A stretch of DNA of 64,000 bases from Mizuhopecten yessoensis (lineage: Eukaryota): assembly GCF_002113885.1 (NCBI RefSeq), contig NW_018408737.1:337843-401842 (forward strand), written 5' to 3'. The translations under genes were made by a program, and so were the position numbers. Below the pieces are notes generated by a model. That model had not been told where the DNA came from. It made no database searches and saw only the letters and a program-made list of their open reading frames with translations. The first letter of the stretch is position 1. Each line of letters begins with the position of its first letter. Positions 58,600 to 64,000 of this stretch are shown one piece after another.

Positions 58600-60420
58600 A
58601 AACTATATGTGTTAGCCTTGAATGTACAATGCAAGGTTCGAGAAATAAACAAAAAAGATATAAAGTCTATGAGTGGCGAAAACATCAATTTAGTATAATT
58701 TTCCTCAGGAAAATCAGGACATATGGGCTATCACAATAAGTTAAAATACATAAATGAATGGATATATGGAGAAATAAAAACAAAATGAAAAGTCCTTTTA
58801 CATGGAGATGAAAAACTACAAACATGCAAGCAGAATACATTATATTTTATTGGAAAACCTAAGTAATGTTCGTTCTTGCGATATAAGGCTTGCTCAAGTT
58901 ATTTACACTGATCATATGGCTGTATGTTAAAATAGGTTACGGCATACGCGACAATAAAGGCAAAGGACTCTGGAAAATCAACAATAGTAAATTACAACAC
59001 GAGAAATACCAGTTTCAAATTATAAACCTAAAAGAAAACCTCAAACTGAGTGAATCGCATGTTCTACTTAATAAACGCCAATATTGGGACTACTGTAAAT
59101 TGATGATAAAACATTTCACACTTAAAATTATTGCAGAAACAACAGCAAAAATATAACCAATACAATAAAGAAGTTATAACATGAATTAAATATTATTAAA
59201 GAGATGGTAAATAATAATTTAGATAAAAATTAACGAATTAGAAAATACACTAAATCGCATGTTTAATGTTCAAGCGAAAATAAGATCCAGAATCAAGTGG
59301 GTGAATAAGGGGAAACACGATAACGTCTTCCTAAGTCTTGAAAAACAAAAACGAGTAAAAAAAAATCCATGACTAGTTTAAAAAATGAAGTTGGGGATAT
59401 TATAGCAGACTGACACGATATCGAACAGAATGGAATCTTTTTATGCAAAAATGTATAAGACAAATAAACCTGACAAGAACAAAATAAAAACGTATATTAG
59501 ATCATCCAAAGTTGAGAGAAAACGTTCAGCTGATGATGCACAGTTATTTGATGGCTTAATAGCATTAAACGAATGTAAAACACTATACAAAGATACAAAA
59601 ATAAACAAAGAGTCCAGGGTCTGATGGGTTATCTCTTGATTTTATAAAAACCTTTTGGGACAGCAGAACCATATTACAATGGAGTCATGAAATGAATCAT
59701 ATATTGAAGGAGAGTTAAATACATCACATAAAGAAAGTGTCGATTCTCTTATTTACAAACCAAATGACAGATACAGATTATAAAGTAGCTGTACATATAC
59801 TCGCTGCTAGGTTAAACCCAATCATGACAAAAATATCAGCACGGACCAAAACGGATATATAAACTAACAGATTTATAAATTTTAACATTAGACAAATGCA
59901 GGATATAATTGATTACTTGGAAAAGTTTAATTGCGATTCATATATCTCGTTTCTAGACTTTCCAAAAACGTTTGGTTCTATGGAGTGGGATTTTATGTTT
60001 GCAAGTTTGAAATAAGTTAGGGTTTAGTGAAGCATTTTTAAATGGGTAAAAATTGTGTACACTAGTATAAAAAAATGTGTCAAAAATAATAATTGGTTAA
60101 CCGCAAATAATGATATCTCCAAAGGAATTAGACAAGGCTGTCCACTTCCATGTTTGATATTTATAAATTTTAGCTACGAAGTTGCAAACGATACTTACAT
60201 CAAAGGTGTATAAATGAATAAAAAGTGTTTATTTTATTATACGAAGAAGAGTCGAAAGATTTAAAATTGGTAAAAGAATTCAGTGATGTTTCGAGATTGA
60301 AATTAAACCTAGAAAAACAGAAGGATTATATGCAGGGTCTGATGAAAATAAAACAAAAACGTATGCAGGAGTCAATTGGAAAATTGGCAAGAAAATGTCA
60401 AATCATTGAGCATAACTAAA
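58600..60420 (+). mobile_element. Decayed Tx1/L1-clade LINE ORF2
   Basis: TDHMAV, KGKGLWKINNS, YWDYCKLMIK, RSRIKWV, PGSDGL, DQNGYI, FLDFPKTFGSMEWDFMF, GIRQGCPL; many stops and frameshifts. Confidence 0.85.
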
Positions 60421-60659
60421 AATTAAATTTAATAAAAAGTAATAATTAAAAAAAACGTACGATGAAGTAATGTCTCGGTGCGAAGCACGAGATAAGAGTA
60501 CAAGATTTAAATTAATGGCACATCCTAATACAACTATACAATACGAGAACTAACATCATACTTTATGTATTTGATTATTTATCTGTTTAGATAGATACAT
60601 GTACCAGTATATATGCAGGCATAATGGGATATAATGACAGCAATTATTTGTAAGTGAAC

Positions 60660-61018
60660 CAACATTCTGAGTACAGGTCCCAGGCCGGGACATAGCAATG
60701 TCTTTAAAAATAGTAGTTGTTTTTCCCTGCTTGACGGTCAGCTTTAAGTATAATGGCAACAACTGGTGAACCTGTTATCAGTATAATGTGACTGGGCGGG
60801 ATGCTGTGCTGTTTGCGTTCGGCATGGTAAATCGATGAGATTGCACTATAAAGTCGGCATCAGATCTGAGCTTTCACAAGGCAGTAAGTACACCAACATA
60901 CCATGTATCCGACACACATACAAACAATAACGCTTACGCATTATACATCCTCACGTCCTTAACTGACCTTAGCTGTTACATTTTGATAGGACGTTAAACA
61001 CAATGAAACCAAACCAAT
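60660..61018 (+). mobile_element. tRNA-SINE (Meta-type); 3' part recopied at 62628-62914
   Basis: Core ctggtgaacctgttatcagtataatgtgactgggcggg; tail ggacgttaaacacaatgaaaccaaacc. Confidence 0.78.
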
Positions 61019-64000
61019 CCATATTTAACGCTTAACTGTGTTGTTATTTTCACAATATTTTATAAACATGATATTGATGTGTTTATGACGAACAGTGTTT
61101 TACGCTGATCACTTAATGCGGATACCTTTTCCGGTTCAATACGTCACTTGGCTCGAGCAGACGTTCGTGTTTGAGAAAATACGTTCCCAAATGGGAAAAT
61201 CCATTCTCAATTTGGATTCAAGATGTTCTCAACTTCTTTTTCTTGAGTATTTTCATATTGACTTCCCCCGATAATGAATATATCATGCTACTAGTATGTG
61301 GTATAAAGTGGTATATAGATAATAAAGGACATTATCATATTCCTTTGTACACCTTTTTTTAAAGTTATATGAATTCGCATTTGGTCAAATATCTATATGG
61401 ATATGGATAAGAGTTATACAAAAATCTGTTTTTGTTCTGGTATCCTATTTATGAATCTCTGCATGAACATTTAAAAAACTAATGGAACCTTCGGAACCTT
61501 GCCAACAAATATCATCGAAACCAAATAACAGGCGTTGATATGACGTCATCTGATCATTTTTATTAATACAAACTAGTTAAAGGGGAACCAAAAGTTAACG
61601 TGTAAAGCCGGAAAAGCCACACAGTCATCCAACTGAAGGGTGGACTCAATATAGAAGGGAAAGTAATTATACGGACCAAGATGTTACTTTTTAAATACGG
61701 TGACACGAGGTTAAGGAAAATATTAAATCGTTGTTAATTACTTTCAATTTGTTAAAATAAAAAACCAGGCTTAATATTAAAGAACAATATACCAAGACCA
61801 AGGCTAAATTAAACAATTGTCTTTACAAGCTAACAAGGCTTTTGAGCGGAACAGGAAGCTCAGTCAAAAATAAACATAACCAGGACGTAAACACACAAAC
61901 ACAAAATCTTACCTATGAGTTTATATACCGCTCATATACTTCCTGGATGTCAGACCATACGACAGCATGTGGGTCCACTTACTTTCTGTTGTAGGCTTTT
62001 TCATCTGGAATATTAGCGTAACAGGTAAACATTTTATGTTTTGTCAAACTTCTTTGTGATGCTGTATGTTACCTCTTGTATATGTAAACACCGTCTATAA
62101 TGGAGTATGCCCTATTGAATTAGTATAAAATGATTTTTAACTTACTGTTTGTGTAAACATGCCTTTCTGAGATTTCATTACCTGAAGCAATTCTAGGTGA
62201 TTTATAAACTCAATTAACTGGGACATGATTTCCGGTTTAAACTTACACTGCTAACTGTGTTTCAATGTGCTTCAAAATACTGTTCCACTAGCTTTCTTAT
62301 CTTTTTGATACACTTTAAATAAAAACCGAAAGTTGTTTATTGTAACTCATCAGATCGGCCAAACCAATAAATGTTTGCAGAATCTTCCAATTTTGAGAAG
62401 ATATTCCATATTGTCGCTGTATACTGATGTAAAATCGTGTTTTCTGCTCATGAAACCATACCAAGGTTCGTTTATCTTTGGTCGATCGGGGTATTAGTCT
62501 GAATATGCGTGAAAATGGAAAATCACAAGATCTATAAACTTATTTAACATAATAATCGTTAATCAATTTAAACAGTAGCAAACGGTATAGCCGGATGCAA
62601 ACAAATACAATAAATAATGACAGTATATGACGGTCAGCTTTAAGTATAATGGCAACAACTGGTGAACCTGTTATCAGTATAATGTGACTGGGCGGGATGC
62701 TGTGCTGTTTGCGTTCGGCATGGTAAATCGATGAGATTGCACTATAAAGTCGGCATCAGATCTGAGCTTTCACAAGGCAGTAAGTACACCAACATACCAT
62801 GTCTCCGACACACATACAAACAATAACGCTTACGCATTATACATCCTCACGTCCTTAACTGACCTTAGCTGTTACATTTTGATAGGACGTTAAACACAAT
62901 GAAACCAAACCAATCCATATTTAACGCTTAACTGTGTTGTTATTTTCACAATATTTTATAAACATGATATTGATGTGTTTATGACGAACAGTGTTTTACG
63001 CTGATCACTTAATGCGGATACCTTTTCCGGTTCAATACGTCACTTGGCTCGAGCAGACGTTCGTGTTTGAGAAAATACGTTCCCAAATGGGAAAATCCAT
63101 TCTCAATTTGGATTCAAGATGTTCTCAACTTCTTTTTCTTGAGTATTTTCATATTGACTTCCCCCGATAATGAATATATCATGCTACTAGTATGTGGTAT
63201 AAAGTGGTATATAGATAATAAAGGACATTATCATATTCCTTTGTACACCTTTTTTTAAAGTTATATGAATTCGCATTTGGTCAAATATCTATATGGATAT
63301 GGATAAGAGTTATACAAAAATCTGTTTTTGTTCTGGTATCCTATTTATGAATCTCTGCATGAACATTTAAAAAACTAATGGAACCTTCGGAACCTTGCCA
63401 ACAAATATCATCGAAACCAAATAACAGGCGTTGATATGACGTCATCTGATCATTTTTATTAATACAAACTAGTTAAAGGGGAACCAAAAGTTAACGTGTA
63501 AAGCCGGAAAAGCCACACAGTCATCCAACTGAAGGGTGGACTCAATATAGAAGGGAAAGTAATTATACGGACCAAGATGTTACTTTTTAAATACGGTGAC
63601 ACGAGGTTAAGGAAAATATTAAATCGTTGTTAATTACTTTCAATTTGTTAAAATAAAAAACCAGGCTTAATATTAAAGAACAATATACCAAGACCAAGGC
63701 TAAATTAAACAATTGTCTTTACAAGCTAACAAGGCTTTTGAGCGGAACAGGAAGCTCAGTCAAAAATAAACATAACCAGGACGTAAACACACAAACACAA
63801 AATCTTACCTATGAGTTTATATACCGCTCATATACTTCCTGGATGTCAGACCATACGACAGCATGTGGGTCCACTTACTTTCTGTTGTAGGCTTTTTCAT
63901 CTGGAATATTAGCGTAACAGGTAAACATTTTATGTTTTGTCAAACTTCTTTGTGATGCTGTATGTTACCTCTTGTATATGTAAACACCGTCTATAATGGA
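60732..64000. repeat. Near-identical tandem duplication, period 1896 bp (second copy runs off the window)
   Basis: 60732-62104 matches 62628-64000; identical ORFs at 61171 and 63067; the only difference I noticed is atgtatccg vs atgtctccg. Confidence 0.95.

Noticed and set aside
61171-63258. Two identical 63-aa ORFs as duplicated genes
   Set aside because: They have a TTG start and no recognisable domain. Their identity is explained by the 1896-bp duplication.

Overview
AT-rich eukaryotic (metazoan) genomic DNA with spliceosomal introns. The repeat content (HINE/pearl-like elements, Meta/V/CORE-type tRNA-SINEs) and a coiled-coil C1qDC gene point to a bivalve mollusc, possibly a scallop (inference). 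Three spliced protein-coding genes can be built by hand. (1) PNKP, + strand, 17 coding exons, 668-19839, 608 aa (FHA + long linker + HAD phosphatase + P-loop kinase). (2) A convergent cytochrome b5-like gene, - strand, 4 exons, 28546-22843, 153 aa, with a GC-AG intron, an acid-free N-terminal extension and no C-terminal membrane anchor. (3) A secreted C1q-domain gene, + strand, 53635-55545, 216 aa, preceded by a truncated duplicate of its own promoter and signal peptide. The rest is a dense transposon landscape: Helentron/HINE-like elements with 145-155 bp internal repeats, two CR1-type LINEs, Tx1/L1 and I/Nimb LINE relics, decayed piggyBac and pogo transposases, Crypton-like palindromic elements, MITEs, SINEs, a 2-kb 37-bp minisatellite, a 1.9-kb 21-bp GT-rich repeat, a near-identical 1896-bp tandem duplication at the right end and an 866-N assembly gap. 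I found no convincing new multi-gene system. The most unusual items are the atypical cytochrome b5, a probable frameshifted C1qDC exon and LINE-linked promoter duplication, and splice-site or nuclear-receptor-site carrying repeats inside PNKP introns. All family calls come from motif recognition, not database searches.
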